In this document: positions 17,889 through 26,187 of the stretch, piece after piece
Layout: each line of letters begins with the position of its first letter
Numbering within the stretch: position 1 is the stretch's first letter
Made by a program: the position numbers and the translations under genes
The notes under the pieces: generated by a model
The model's database searches: none
What the model was told of the DNA's origin: nothing
The model's input: the letters and a program-made list of their open reading frames with translations, nothing else
Origin: Acidimicrobiales bacterium
GTDB taxonomy: Bacteria > Actinomycetota > Acidimicrobiia > Acidimicrobiales > JBBRKR01
Assembly (NCBI GenBank): GCA_038231795.1
Contig: JBBRKR010000007.1
Coordinates: 16,491 to 80,490, forward strand
Direction of reading: 5' to 3'
Length of the DNA: 64,000 nt

Positions 17889-18866
17889 TCAACTGACCTT
17901 TGCCATCATGAGTGGTGACGCAGCACAGATCTTGGTGGCGACGTCGACCTGTGCGAGCAGCTGAGTAGGCAGCAGCTCGAGATCGAGCGCGTGGGCGTGC
18001 AGCTGTACGCCACTGCCCCGTACGATCAATTGCTGTTCGGCCTCGTTGCCCTTGGCGTAAACGAGGTGGCCGACTGGCAGGCCGAGCGCAGTGCAGTACG
18101 CCAGCATCTGATACAGGTCAGCGTTCGGATAGCCGGCCACTTTCTCGACTTTGTACTTGGCATCGATTACTGCGATCGGCCTGTCGCCTCGGTACCAGAC
18201 GAGATCCGGCGCCATCTTCACCATGTTTGTCACATCAAGCGTCTGCGGGTCCTGCGGCCGAACTCGTCCGTCGATCTTTTCCAATGACCCGGTCAGGGCG
18301 GCGGTGACGAAGTCCTCGAAGACGGTTGCCATGTCGATGATGAAGCCGTTGACCTCGATGGCGCCAGCAGGTAGGTCGATAGACCGTTGCTTCAGCACCA
18401 TCGAGGCGAACCATAAGACGGTGTCGTAGTGCACGTTGCGACGGCTCGCCCGCCAGCTCGGCAACGGCTGCCCAGGGATCAGTTCGCTCACGTCGTCGAG
18501 GCGCTGAATGATCGCTCGCAATTTGCGGGTGACCATCGGATCAAGCCCGGGAACACGGCGGAGGATCTTGGCGGCAGCTCGAACGAGTTGGTTCTCCGCT
18601 ACGTCGATGGTGAAGTCGTCGTAGTGAACGAGCAGCGGTGTGATCTGTCCGAAGCGTCGGGTGACCTGCTCTCGGTATCGCATCCGGCCTCGGACGACAG
18701 CGAGTTCGTCGTCGCGTTCGACATAGCCCTGGATGACGCCACGACCTAGTGCGCGGTCGGCCTGGCGCACCAAGGCGTCGGCGAGGACGTGTACCCGCGC
18801 GAGATCGAAGAGGTCTTCTACGCCCATCCCGACGTGCTCGAAGTTGCTGTCGTTGGCGTGCCTCAC
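17889..18866 (-). CDS. McrC-like restriction endonuclease subunit (PD-(D/E)xK), probably 5'-truncated, with no McrB partner
   Basis: McrC-like blocks ALGRGVIQGYVERDDELAVVRGRMRY, FTIDVAENQL and the nuclease core PDLVW...IAVIDAKYK. The first ~31 codons of the ORF are merely antisense to the ligase remnant, so real homology starts near 18773. Confidence 0.55.
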   Translation of the reverse strand: MRHANDSNFEHVGMGVEDLFDLARVHVLADALVRQADRALGRGVIQGYVERDDELAVVRGRMRYREQVTRRFGQITPLLVHYDDFTIDVAENQLVRAAAKILRRVPGLDPMVTRKLRAIIQRLDDVSELIPGQPLPSWRASRRNVHYDTVLWFASMVLKQRSIDLPAGAIEVNGFIIDMATVFEDFVTAALTGSLEKIDGRVRPQDPQTLDVTNMVKMAPDLVWYRGDRPIAVIDAKYKVEKVAGYPNADLYQMLAYCTALGLPVGHLVYAKGNEAEQQLIVRGSGVQLHAHALDLELLPTQLLAQVDVATKICAASPLMMAKVS

Positions 18867-19067
18867 GACTCGCTCGGCGAGGAGGTCGGCGCCGCCGTCG
18901 TCCTCAAGTCCGGCGCGAGCGCCACACCCGACGAGCTACGCGAGTTCGTCAAGTCGAAGGTCGCCGCATACAAATACCCACGCGAGATCTGGCTTACCCA
19001 GGCGCTACCGAAGGGCCCGACCGGCAAGATCCTCAAGCGCGAAATCGACGTCAACGCGCGGTCCTGA
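18774..19067 (+). pseudogene. 3' remnant (last ~95 codons) of an acyl-CoA synthetase / AMP-binding enzyme
   Basis: GVGEDVYPREIEEVFYAHPDVLEVAVVGVPHDSLGEEVGAAVVLK...ELREFVKSKVAAYKYPREIWLTQALPKGPTGKILKREI is the canonical C-terminal subdomain. The ~450 upstream codons are missing. Confidence 0.75.
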
Positions 19068-19116
19068 ACCCTCCACCCAATCAACCATCGACCCACACTT
19101 TGAAAGGAACCCCATC

Positions 19117-19743
19117 ATGACTTCTGAGATCGACATGAGCCGGCTCGACATCACCAAACAGAACGTCGCCGTCGAGAAAGTGCTCGCCAACACAGACAAT
19201 CCTCGCCACCGCTACCTACTCCAGTCCTACCTGCGCCACCGCTACCTTGAATCAGCCGGCCGCTGGGAGGAAATTCTCGACCCGTCCCTCACCGTCGATG
19301 TGCCGCACTACAGGTTCAGCCTCGCCGGCCAGGCGCCACTCACGCTGACTGGCAAGGACCAGCTAGGCATGCTGTACGGGCATTGGACCAACACCAACCA
19401 ATGCGTGTTCTATGTCGAGGACGAAGACGTCGCCGTGGGCGACCACATGGTCGTGGGACGCGGTATCGGCTACCAGCAGACACTGGGCTCCGAACTCGCC
19501 AACGCCGGGCTCGACGTCGACCCCGACGCGATGTATCTCAAGAAGTCACAAATCATGATGCTGTGGCCCTACGACGACCAGTGCCGCCTCCTTGGCGAGG
19601 ACGTGTGGGAGTTCGACACCGCCGAAGCCGGCCTGTACAAGCTGGACCCGGCCGATGTGCTCACCGCCGCGCAGGCGGGCGAACTGTTGGCGCCGTTCAT
19701 CAAGCCGCTGCCTGCGTTCGACCACAGCATGCTTCCCAGATGA
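19117..19743 (+). CDS. Hypothetical protein, possibly an NTF2/SnoaL-like fold
   Basis: ATG 19117 with GAAAGGA 8 nt upstream. 208 aa. The longer ORF from 18733 is Arg-rich junk. The stop overlaps the next start (ATGA). Confidence 0.5.
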   Translation: MTSEIDMSRLDITKQNVAVEKVLANTDNPRHRYLLQSYLRHRYLESAGRWEEILDPSLTVDVPHYRFSLAGQAPLTLTGKDQLGMLYGHWTNTNQCVFYVEDEDVAVGDHMVVGRGIGYQQTLGSELANAGLDVDPDAMYLKKSQIMMLWPYDDQCRLLGEDVWEFDTAEAGLYKLDPADVLTAAQAGELLAPFIKPLPAFDHSMLPR

Positions 19744-20768
19744 GGGCGGTCGTCTGCCAGAACTCGGAGCTACGCGTCGTCGGCTTCGGGCGTTCCCACG
19801 AACAGGTCGTGTTCGGACACGAATTCTGCGGCACCATTGCCGACTACGGCACGAACACACGGCGAAAGATCAAGAACGGCACCCCCGTCGTTGCCCTGCC
19901 TCTGATCAGCACCGCCAGTGGCATGCACGCCATTGGTTTGTCCGCATCGGCGCAAGGCGCCTACGCCGAGCAGGTCGTCATCGAGGAGGCGTTCATGATG
20001 GCATTGCCGAACGGGCTCTCGCCGGAGATTGGGGTGCTCACCGAGCCGATGGCCATCGGCTTCCACGCCGTCAACCGTTCCGAAATCGACAAGAAAGACG
20101 CGGCGATCGTCATTGGCTGTGGGCCCGTCGGGCTTGCGATCATCTCCATGCTCAAAATGCGCGGCGTCGAGACCATCGTCGCCAGCGACTTCTCACCTGG
20201 CCGGCGCAGCCTTGCTGTGGCCTGCGGGGCGACCTCGGCCGTCGACCCGAGCAACGAAACCCCCTACGACGTGCTCGGCAAACGCGGGTACGCCACCTCG
20301 ATGGCACGACAAGCCGCCGCCGGGCTGAAGGGTCTCAAAGGACTTCAGAAGCTCCCGGTGCCGTGGCACATCGTGCTGCGCGGACTTGGCAAGGTCGGAG
20401 CCACCAAATCCAAACGACCGGTGATCTTCGAGTGTGTCGGCCTGCCCGGCATCATCGAACAAATCATCACAGCGGCACCGATCGGCACCCGCGTCGTCGT
20501 CGCAGGCGTGTGTATGGAACCCGACAAGTTTCGACCAGCGATGGCAGTCAACAAAGAAATCGACCTGCGCTTCGTCGTCGGTTACGGACCACTCGAATTC
20601 CGAGACACCCTGCATCTCCTCTCCGACGGCAAGGTCGACGTCACCCCACTCGTCACCGGAACCGTCGGCCTCGACGGCGTGGATGCAGCGTTCACAGCGC
20701 TCGCAACCCCCGAAACTCACGCGAAGATCGTCATCGACCCCCGCAGCACCGCTACCACACCCGTCTGA
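19740..20768 (+). CDS. MDR-superfamily dehydrogenase with an atypically short N-terminus (both zinc cysteine sites absent)
   Basis: VFGHEFCG, a Rossmann motif VIGCGPVGL, and an ending KIVIDP. Only 24 residues precede GHE, and no catalytic or structural Cys cluster is visible. Confidence 0.7.
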   Translation: MRAVVCQNSELRVVGFGRSHEQVVFGHEFCGTIADYGTNTRRKIKNGTPVVALPLISTASGMHAIGLSASAQGAYAEQVVIEEAFMMALPNGLSPEIGVLTEPMAIGFHAVNRSEIDKKDAAIVIGCGPVGLAIISMLKMRGVETIVASDFSPGRRSLAVACGATSAVDPSNETPYDVLGKRGYATSMARQAAAGLKGLKGLQKLPVPWHIVLRGLGKVGATKSKRPVIFECVGLPGIIEQIITAAPIGTRVVVAGVCMEPDKFRPAMAVNKEIDLRFVVGYGPLEFRDTLHLLSDGKVDVTPLVTGTVGLDGVDAAFTALATPETHAKIVIDPRSTATTPV

Positions 20769-20892
20769 ACTTCCGTCGCCGAGGCCGGTTTTTGTGTAGT
20801 CGTGTGGCCCGTCGCTGTATATCGAACCAATTCGACGATTCGGGATGGGCGTGTGCGGCCGTCGATACGCATAATCACGTCAAGATTGCGAG

Positions 20893-20913
20893 TGGCCAAG
20901 GTTGCCTTGGACA
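20893..20913. promoter_or_regulatory. Palindrome upstream of sodA (candidate operator)
   Basis: TGGCCAAGG-TTG-CCTTGGACA has 9-3-9 symmetry with one mismatch. It ends 23 nt before the sodA ATG. Confidence 0.35.
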
Positions 20914-20935
20914 TATTTCCGGTTACCGTCACCAC

Positions 20936-21538
20936 ATGTCTTACACGCTTCCTGACCTTTCATATGACCCTGCCCAACTCGAGCCCCATCTCAACGCCCG
21001 TATCGTCGAATTGCATCATGGAAAGCATCATGCTGCATATGTTGCTGGCGCCAACACCGCGCTGGAGCAACTAGCCCAGGCACGCCAAAACAACGATTTT
21101 GCCAACATCGTGGGTCTCGAAAAAAGCTTGGCGTTCAACCTTGGTGGCCACGTGTTGCACAGCATGTATTGGACCAATCTGTCGCCAAATGGGGGCGGAG
21201 AGCCAGAGGGCTCGTTGGCAGAAGGGATCACCGAATCGTTCGGGTCTTTCGCAGCGTTTAAGGCCCAATTCACGCACGCCACCACAACCGTTAACGGATC
21301 AGGTTGGGGGCTGCTCACGTTCGAACCGCTCGGACGTCGACTCATCGTTGAACAGCTTGAAGTGCATCACGAATCCACCGTGCTCGGCGGCATTCCAGTA
21401 TTGGCGATCGACGCCTGGGAACACGCGTATTACCTTCAATACGAAAATCGCCGCGCCGATTACGTCGGAGCGATTTGGAACCTCATCGACTGGTCCGACG
21501 TCAGCAAACGATACGAAGCGTCCACCACCCGGGGATAA
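20936..21538 (+). CDS. sodA: Fe/Mn superoxide dismutase
   Basis: MSYTLPDLSYD...LHHGKHH...DAWEHAYYLQYENRR. This is the C-terminal 200 aa of the 648-aa ORF 19592-21538. Confidence 0.9.
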   Translation: MSYTLPDLSYDPAQLEPHLNARIVELHHGKHHAAYVAGANTALEQLAQARQNNDFANIVGLEKSLAFNLGGHVLHSMYWTNLSPNGGGEPEGSLAEGITESFGSFAAFKAQFTHATTTVNGSGWGLLTFEPLGRRLIVEQLEVHHESTVLGGIPVLAIDAWEHAYYLQYENRRADYVGAIWNLIDWSDVSKRYEASTTRG

Positions 21539-21571
21539 ATCCCGCACCGAACAGTCGAGCCCCTCTCGATA

Positions 21572-21712
21572 CTGTCGGGTGAAGGCCATCGCGTCGTACG
21601 CATCGCACACACTTGCGATCCGCGCCAGATACGGATTGTCATTCCCGGCCATACCATCGGGATACCCGCGACCGCGATGCATTCGCGATCCGCACGCACA
21701 ATCGGGACACAA
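21572..21712 (-). pseudogene. HD-GYP domain remnant (~45 codons)
   Basis: HRGRGYPDGMAGNDNPYLARIASVCDAYDAMAFTRQYREGL matches the GYP-loop region of HD-GYP phosphodiesterases. Both flanks of the domain are missing. Confidence 0.5.
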
Positions 21713-21772
21713 ACGTTTTCGGACGACGCCGGGAATTTGCTGTCGGAGGTACGTAGCAGAGTGTGCGCATAT

Positions 21773-22366
21773 ATGCTCACAAATGTGTACGCATCAAAAC
21801 TGGTTGATCGGGCTCGGGCCTCAGCCGGGTTGTCGGTACGCGATTTGGCCGAAGCCGCTGGCGTGGCGGTATCGACCGTTACTCGGATTCAATCGGCGGC
21901 CGTCGACCCAACGATTTCGATGCTCGAACGAGTACTCGATGCGGCGGGGTTCAAACTACTTATCACCGCTGTCCCCCACGGGACGCCCACGGCGCCCATG
22001 CTGCGCGACCTTGCCAGTTACGTCGCTCCGACTCGCTACGGGCTCAGGTTGATCTGGCCGCGATGGCGAACCTTCATTGCGAACCTCGTGGACAATCCAC
22101 ACCAGATCCCCGAAACGATCTACGTGTCGCCAGGTCCGGCAGGGCACCCCATACTCGACGCACTCGTGGCCGCCCTCGCAGACACGTTTGCAGAAAATGC
22201 CGGCCTGCCACAACCAATGTGGGCAGCGGCAGCCCCGCCGCTAACGAACCGGTATCGCCCCACGACAGTCACCAACTACGACGGCACCAAAATTCCGCCG
22301 GCGTTTCTGCGCCGAAATATCTGGATAGATGCCCGAGCGTTGTGGCCCGCTACATCCGTTCGATGA
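21773..22366 (+). CDS. XRE-family HTH protein with an uncharacterised C-terminal domain
   Basis: ATG 21773. [35 protein letters not shown] is a Cro/C1-type HTH. The remaining ~130 aa are unrecognised. Confidence 0.6.
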   Translation: MLTNVYASKLVDRARASAGLSVRDLAEAAGVAVSTVTRIQSAAVDPTISMLERVLDAAGFKLLITAVPHGTPTAPMLRDLASYVAPTRYGLRLIWPRWRTFIANLVDNPHQIPETIYVSPGPAGHPILDALVAALADTFAENAGLPQPMWAAAAPPLTNRYRPTTVTNYDGTKIPPAFLRRNIWIDARALWPATSVR

Positions 22367-23579
22367 TGGTGGCTGTACCCATGCCGCCACCGGTACACAT
22401 CGTGATTAGAGCTGTGGATTTGTCAGAGCGTTCCAACTCGTCAAGAGCGGTCTGAATCAACATCCCACCTGTGGCACCGATTGGGTGGCCAAGTGCGATT
22501 GCCCCACCGTTCACGTTCACCTTGTTGGGGTCAAGACCCAGATCTCGAATCGTCTTGAGAGGCACTGCGGCGAAGGCCTCGTTGATCTCCCACAAGTCAA
22601 TGTCGTCAACGGTCATACCGGCCCGGGCGAGGCACTTCAGCGATGCTGGCCCAGGAGCCGTCAGCATGATTACTGGCTCGGCCCCAGCCACTGCGCTCAT
22701 GCGAATGCGTGCCCGCGGTGTGAGCCCATGGGCTCGAGCGAATTCTGGCGAAGCAACCAGCAAAGCGCTGGCGCCGTCCACCACGCCTGATGAGTTGCCG
22801 GCGTGGTGCACGTGGTTTATGGAGCTCACCGATGGGTAAACCTGGCGACACATTTCGTCAAATGAGGCGTCAAACCCAGGAAACACCGTGGTGCCCATGT
22901 CACCGAACGAGGGCACGAGTTTTGCCAACCCTTCACGAGTCGTCGACGGCCGTGCGAATTCGTCGACCGCCAAGGCCACACTGCCATCGGGATTGTGAAT
23001 CGGCACCACACTTCGATCGAACCGACCTTCCGACATAGCCACACCAGCTCGCATCTGACTCTGCATCGCAAACGCGTCGACATCGTCGCGCGTGAACCCC
23101 TCGACGGTAGCGATCAAGTCGGCCGAAATGCCTTGCGGCACAAGCGGAAAGAGGGCCCGCAGGGCGTCGTTGCCAACGGTGAAATCGGGCGGCGCATTGT
23201 CGACAGGCCACCGAGACATACTCTCCACTCCCCCGCCCACCACCAGGTCTTGGTGCCCGGCCTGAATGCCCATGGCGGCGAAGGTGACAGCTTGCTGGCC
23301 AGAACCACAGAACCGGTTGAGCGTGAGCCCGGGAGCCTCCACAGGCCACCCCGCGGCGAGCACCGCCATACGACCAATACAGGCTCCATGATCGCCGACA
23401 GGATTGCCATTGCCGATAATCACATCGTCGACCATTTTGGGATCGATGCCAGTGCGACCTACCAATGCATTGAGTACTTGCGCCAACAATTCTTGGGGGT
23501 GAATGTGGTGGAGCGAACCATTCGACTTGCCCTTGCCGCGCGGGGAGCGAACGCCATCAATAATCCATGCTTCAGTCAT
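22350..23579 (-). CDS. Acetyl-CoA C-acyltransferase (thiolase)
   Basis: [11 protein letters not shown] (active-site Cys), [17 protein letters not shown], and CTGGGMGTA at the C-terminus. Confidence 0.85.
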   Translation of the reverse strand: MTEAWIIDGVRSPRGKGKSNGSLHHIHPQELLAQVLNALVGRTGIDPKMVDDVIIGNGNPVGDHGACIGRMAVLAAGWPVEAPGLTLNRFCGSGQQAVTFAAMGIQAGHQDLVVGGGVESMSRWPVDNAPPDFTVGNDALRALFPLVPQGISADLIATVEGFTRDDVDAFAMQSQMRAGVAMSEGRFDRSVVPIHNPDGSVALAVDEFARPSTTREGLAKLVPSFGDMGTTVFPGFDASFDEMCRQVYPSVSSINHVHHAGNSSGVVDGASALLVASPEFARAHGLTPRARIRMSAVAGAEPVIMLTAPGPASLKCLARAGMTVDDIDLWEINEAFAAVPLKTIRDLGLDPNKVNVNGGAIALGHPIGATGGMLIQTALDELERSDKSTALITMCTGGGMGTATIIERM

Positions 23580-23607
23580 TATGAACTCGTTTCGATTCGG
23601 GGACGGG

Positions 23608-24501
23608 CTAGGCGATATCAGTCATCAGCGTGCGCTGACGAGCAGCGGCCAACAACGGACGAATCATGGCGTCTACATCGCCGGGTTCTGCTGGCGGCGA
23701 ATCGTTGGTGGGGCCACGCCGCCAACCTTCGGCAATGGCTAACGAAATACCGGACGACTCAATCACCTGCCCTGTCACATCGGCTGATTGCTCGGAGGCC
23801 AACCACGTGATGACGGGCGCCACCCAGCGCGGATTCATCTTGGCCGCCATCTCCTCAGGCAATGCCAGATCAGATGTGAGCCGTGTCAACCCGCCGGGCG
23901 CAATAGCGTTGACGGTCACGCCATATCGCTCAAGTTCCTGCGCCGCTATTTGCGTGAATGCGGCGATGCCGGCCTTGGCGGCGCCGTAATTTGTCTGCCC
24001 CATATTGGCGTACAGGCCAGCAACCGAGCTGGTGTTGATAATGCGACCAGCGTTCGGCAAACCGTCTTTGGCCCGATTCCGCCAGTACGCGGCGGCGTGA
24101 CGGCTCGGCGCCCATGTGCCCTTGAGATGCACCTTGATGACAGCGTCCCACTCGTCTTCGGTCATCGAAAAGAGCATGCGGTCGCGCACGATGCCGGCGT
24201 TGTTGATCACCACATCAAGGCCTCCGAAGGTGTCGATAGCCAAGTTGATCATGCGCCCCGCACCCTCCAGCGAACTCACATCATCGGTGTTGGCCACTGC
24301 CTCACCACCAGCAGCCACAATGTCGTTGACCGTCTCTTGGGCGGGGACAGCATCGCCGCCCGAGCCATCACGAGCACCCCCGAAATCGTTCACTACGACC
24401 TTCGCGCCGTGCTCGGCGAGCATCAGTGCGTACTCTCGGCCGATACCGCGCCCAGCACCCGAAATTACGCAGATTCTGCCTTCACACATCCGATTAGTCA
24501 T
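23608..24501 (-). CDS. SDR-family oxidoreductase (hydroxyacyl-CoA dehydrogenase-like)
   Basis: [18 protein letters not shown], and the S...YGAAK catalytic pattern. Confidence 0.8.
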   Translation of the reverse strand: MTNRMCEGRICVISGAGRGIGREYALMLAEHGAKVVVNDFGGARDGSGGDAVPAQETVNDIVAAGGEAVANTDDVSSLEGAGRMINLAIDTFGGLDVVINNAGIVRDRMLFSMTEDEWDAVIKVHLKGTWAPSRHAAAYWRNRAKDGLPNAGRIINTSSVAGLYANMGQTNYGAAKAGIAAFTQIAAQELERYGVTVNAIAPGGLTRLTSDLALPEEMAAKMNPRWVAPVITWLASEQSADVTGQVIESSGISLAIAEGWRRGPTNDSPPAEPGDVDAMIRPLLAAARQRTLMTDIA

Positions 24502-24579
24502 TGGCCGACCCTAATAGACCTGCCACTACCGTCAGGTTGTGCGGCGCACCCACCAGCGCCGCCATGAGAAAGTACTCAG

Positions 24580-24825
24580 CTACCCAATAGCCATTTGATG
24601 CGACCAATTGTGGCCAACCCCCGCTGGCCCCGCGATCAATATCGAGATCGCCCGCTCAGGGCAAGCCGCCTCGGCTCGGCGCGCCATGGCTATTTGCGAG
24701 TCGGTGAGATCACCATCCACGATCACCATTCCGTTGCCGAATTCGTCGTCGCCGAACAGTTCAGGCACGAGGGAATAGCATCGCCCGTGACCCGTGCACG
24801 CCACCGAATCGATGACGACTCTCAT
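24580..24825 (-). CDS. Small 3Fe-4S/4Fe-4S-type ferredoxin (P450 redox partner)
   Basis: MRVVIDSVACTGHGRCYSLVPELF...ACPERAIS. The ATG overlaps the P450 stop (ATGA). Confidence 0.75.
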   Translation of the reverse strand: MRVVIDSVACTGHGRCYSLVPELFGDDEFGNGMVIVDGDLTDSQIAMARRAEAACPERAISILIAGPAGVGHNWSHQMAIG

Positions 24826-26027
24826 CGGCCGGCCCCAGCAAGCGCTGAATCCTGAACGACTGGAAACGTGATCGGCAAACTCTCGAGGTGGTACGTAACG
24901 CTCGGCCACTGAATTCGGGGCTCGAAATTCTCCACGATTGTGAAGTCGGGAATTGCGGCAAGAAATTCTTCAACGACCAAACGCAGTTCGCGACGGGCCA
25001 AGTGTGAACCCAAGCACCGATGAATTCCACCGCCGAACGAAACATGGCCACTATCGGCTTGGCTCAGCTCCACGTCGTGCGGACAGGCTCGGTTTTCTCG
25101 GTTGACAGTTCCCAAAACGAGCTGCACCTTCGCCCCTGCCGGAATCGTGACGCCGCACAGCACCACCTCTGTGGTGGTGACCCGCGGCGTGATGGGAGCC
25201 GGAAGTTCTAGGCGCAACACTTCCTCCACCACCGCGTTCACCAACGACAAATCGGCGACGACACGCCGCCGAAGCTCGACATCATTCGCGAGGTGGCGCA
25301 GGACGAACCCGATGGAAGCCGCAACCGTATCGAGTCCCGCCAATACGAACAGGAAACACATGCCGAGAACTTCAGCATCGGTCCATGCGTCGTCGCCGGT
25401 AAGGGCCAAAATTTCGCTCAGCGTATCGTGCCCCGGTTGTGAGCGTTTTTTGACAATGTATTCATGGAGATACATCGACAACGCCATGCCCGCTTCGGCT
25501 CGTTCCGCTTCGCCCACAGAGGCGGACACCGCCGATCCGCCGACGATAATTTTCGTCCACTCCATGAATCTGTCGCGATCATCCAAAGGAAGCCCGAGCA
25601 TCGTAAGAATCACTTGTGTCGGGTACAGCTCGGCCAGGTCAAACATCACATCACATGAACCTGTACTCGAGAACTGGGCGATGATTTCGCGCACCTGGCG
25701 ACGCAGCTCGTCTTCAATTCGATTGATCACGCGTGGGGCAAACATGGGATCCAAAATTCGTCGGTAGCGCAGGTGGTCCGGAGGGTCAATAGCAACCGGC
25801 ACCAGCGGTACCGGGCTACCAAGCGCGTCGAACGCTTTCGCTGAACTGAAAATCAATGGGTTCTGATGTGCGAACCGAACGGCCTCTGGACTGGTGAGGT
25901 ACCACTGTCCGTCTCGTTCGAAAACTTCGCCTGCGTCGCGGATGTATTTCCAACCGTCTGTGCGATCAAACGCCATGGGGGCCGATTCCAAAAAACTGCG
26001 AGTCTCAGTTTCAGCTGGGTTGTTCAT
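24822..26027 (-). CDS. Cytochrome P450
   Basis: 401 aa. FGGGIHRCLGSHLA heme loop and EEVLRLE (EXXR). Confidence 0.85.
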   Translation of the reverse strand: MNNPAETETRSFLESAPMAFDRTDGWKYIRDAGEVFERDGQWYLTSPEAVRFAHQNPLIFSSAKAFDALGSPVPLVPVAIDPPDHLRYRRILDPMFAPRVINRIEDELRRQVREIIAQFSSTGSCDVMFDLAELYPTQVILTMLGLPLDDRDRFMEWTKIIVGGSAVSASVGEAERAEAGMALSMYLHEYIVKKRSQPGHDTLSEILALTGDDAWTDAEVLGMCFLFVLAGLDTVAASIGFVLRHLANDVELRRRVVADLSLVNAVVEEVLRLELPAPITPRVTTTEVVLCGVTIPAGAKVQLVLGTVNRENRACPHDVELSQADSGHVSFGGGIHRCLGSHLARRELRLVVEEFLAAIPDFTIVENFEPRIQWPSVTYHLESLPITFPVVQDSALAGAGR

Positions 26028-26187
26028 CGCGCTCCATTTCGTTCAATCCGACACTAGTGTCACGTCGCCAGGCCGATGGCGGCGCATCATTACTCAACGT
26101 AAATCGGGCCCTCCCGGGTCGGCGAATTCGACGACCCGCTGGAAGCCGAATCGCCAAACATGTCAAACCTTTGCCGTCTGCGTTACG

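Noticed and set aside
18733-19120. Arg-rich ORFs (the N-terminus of 18733-19743, and 18749-19120) across the McrC/ligase junction.
   Set aside because: They are poly-Arg/Ser/Pro translations out of frame with the clear acyl-CoA ligase remnant. The real downstream gene has a good RBS and an ATG at 19117.
19592-20935. The N-terminal 448 codons of the 648-aa ORF that ends as SodA.
   Set aside because: This part is extremely Arg/Pro-rich and overlaps the NTF2-like and MDR genes in another frame. SodA homology starts exactly at ATG 20936.
21099-22052. A 317-aa plus-strand ORF spanning sodA, the HD-GYP remnant and the XRE gene.
   Set aside because: It is out of frame with sodA and XRE, has Ser/Arg/Pro-rich composition, and I recognise no motif.
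25894-26187. The upstream extension of the lipoprotein ORF (863-aa version).
   Set aside because: It would overlap the divergent P450 start by 134 nt and precede the Tat signal with ~100 non-signal residues. The GTG at 26188 or 26197 gives a canonical Tat-lipoprotein N-terminus.
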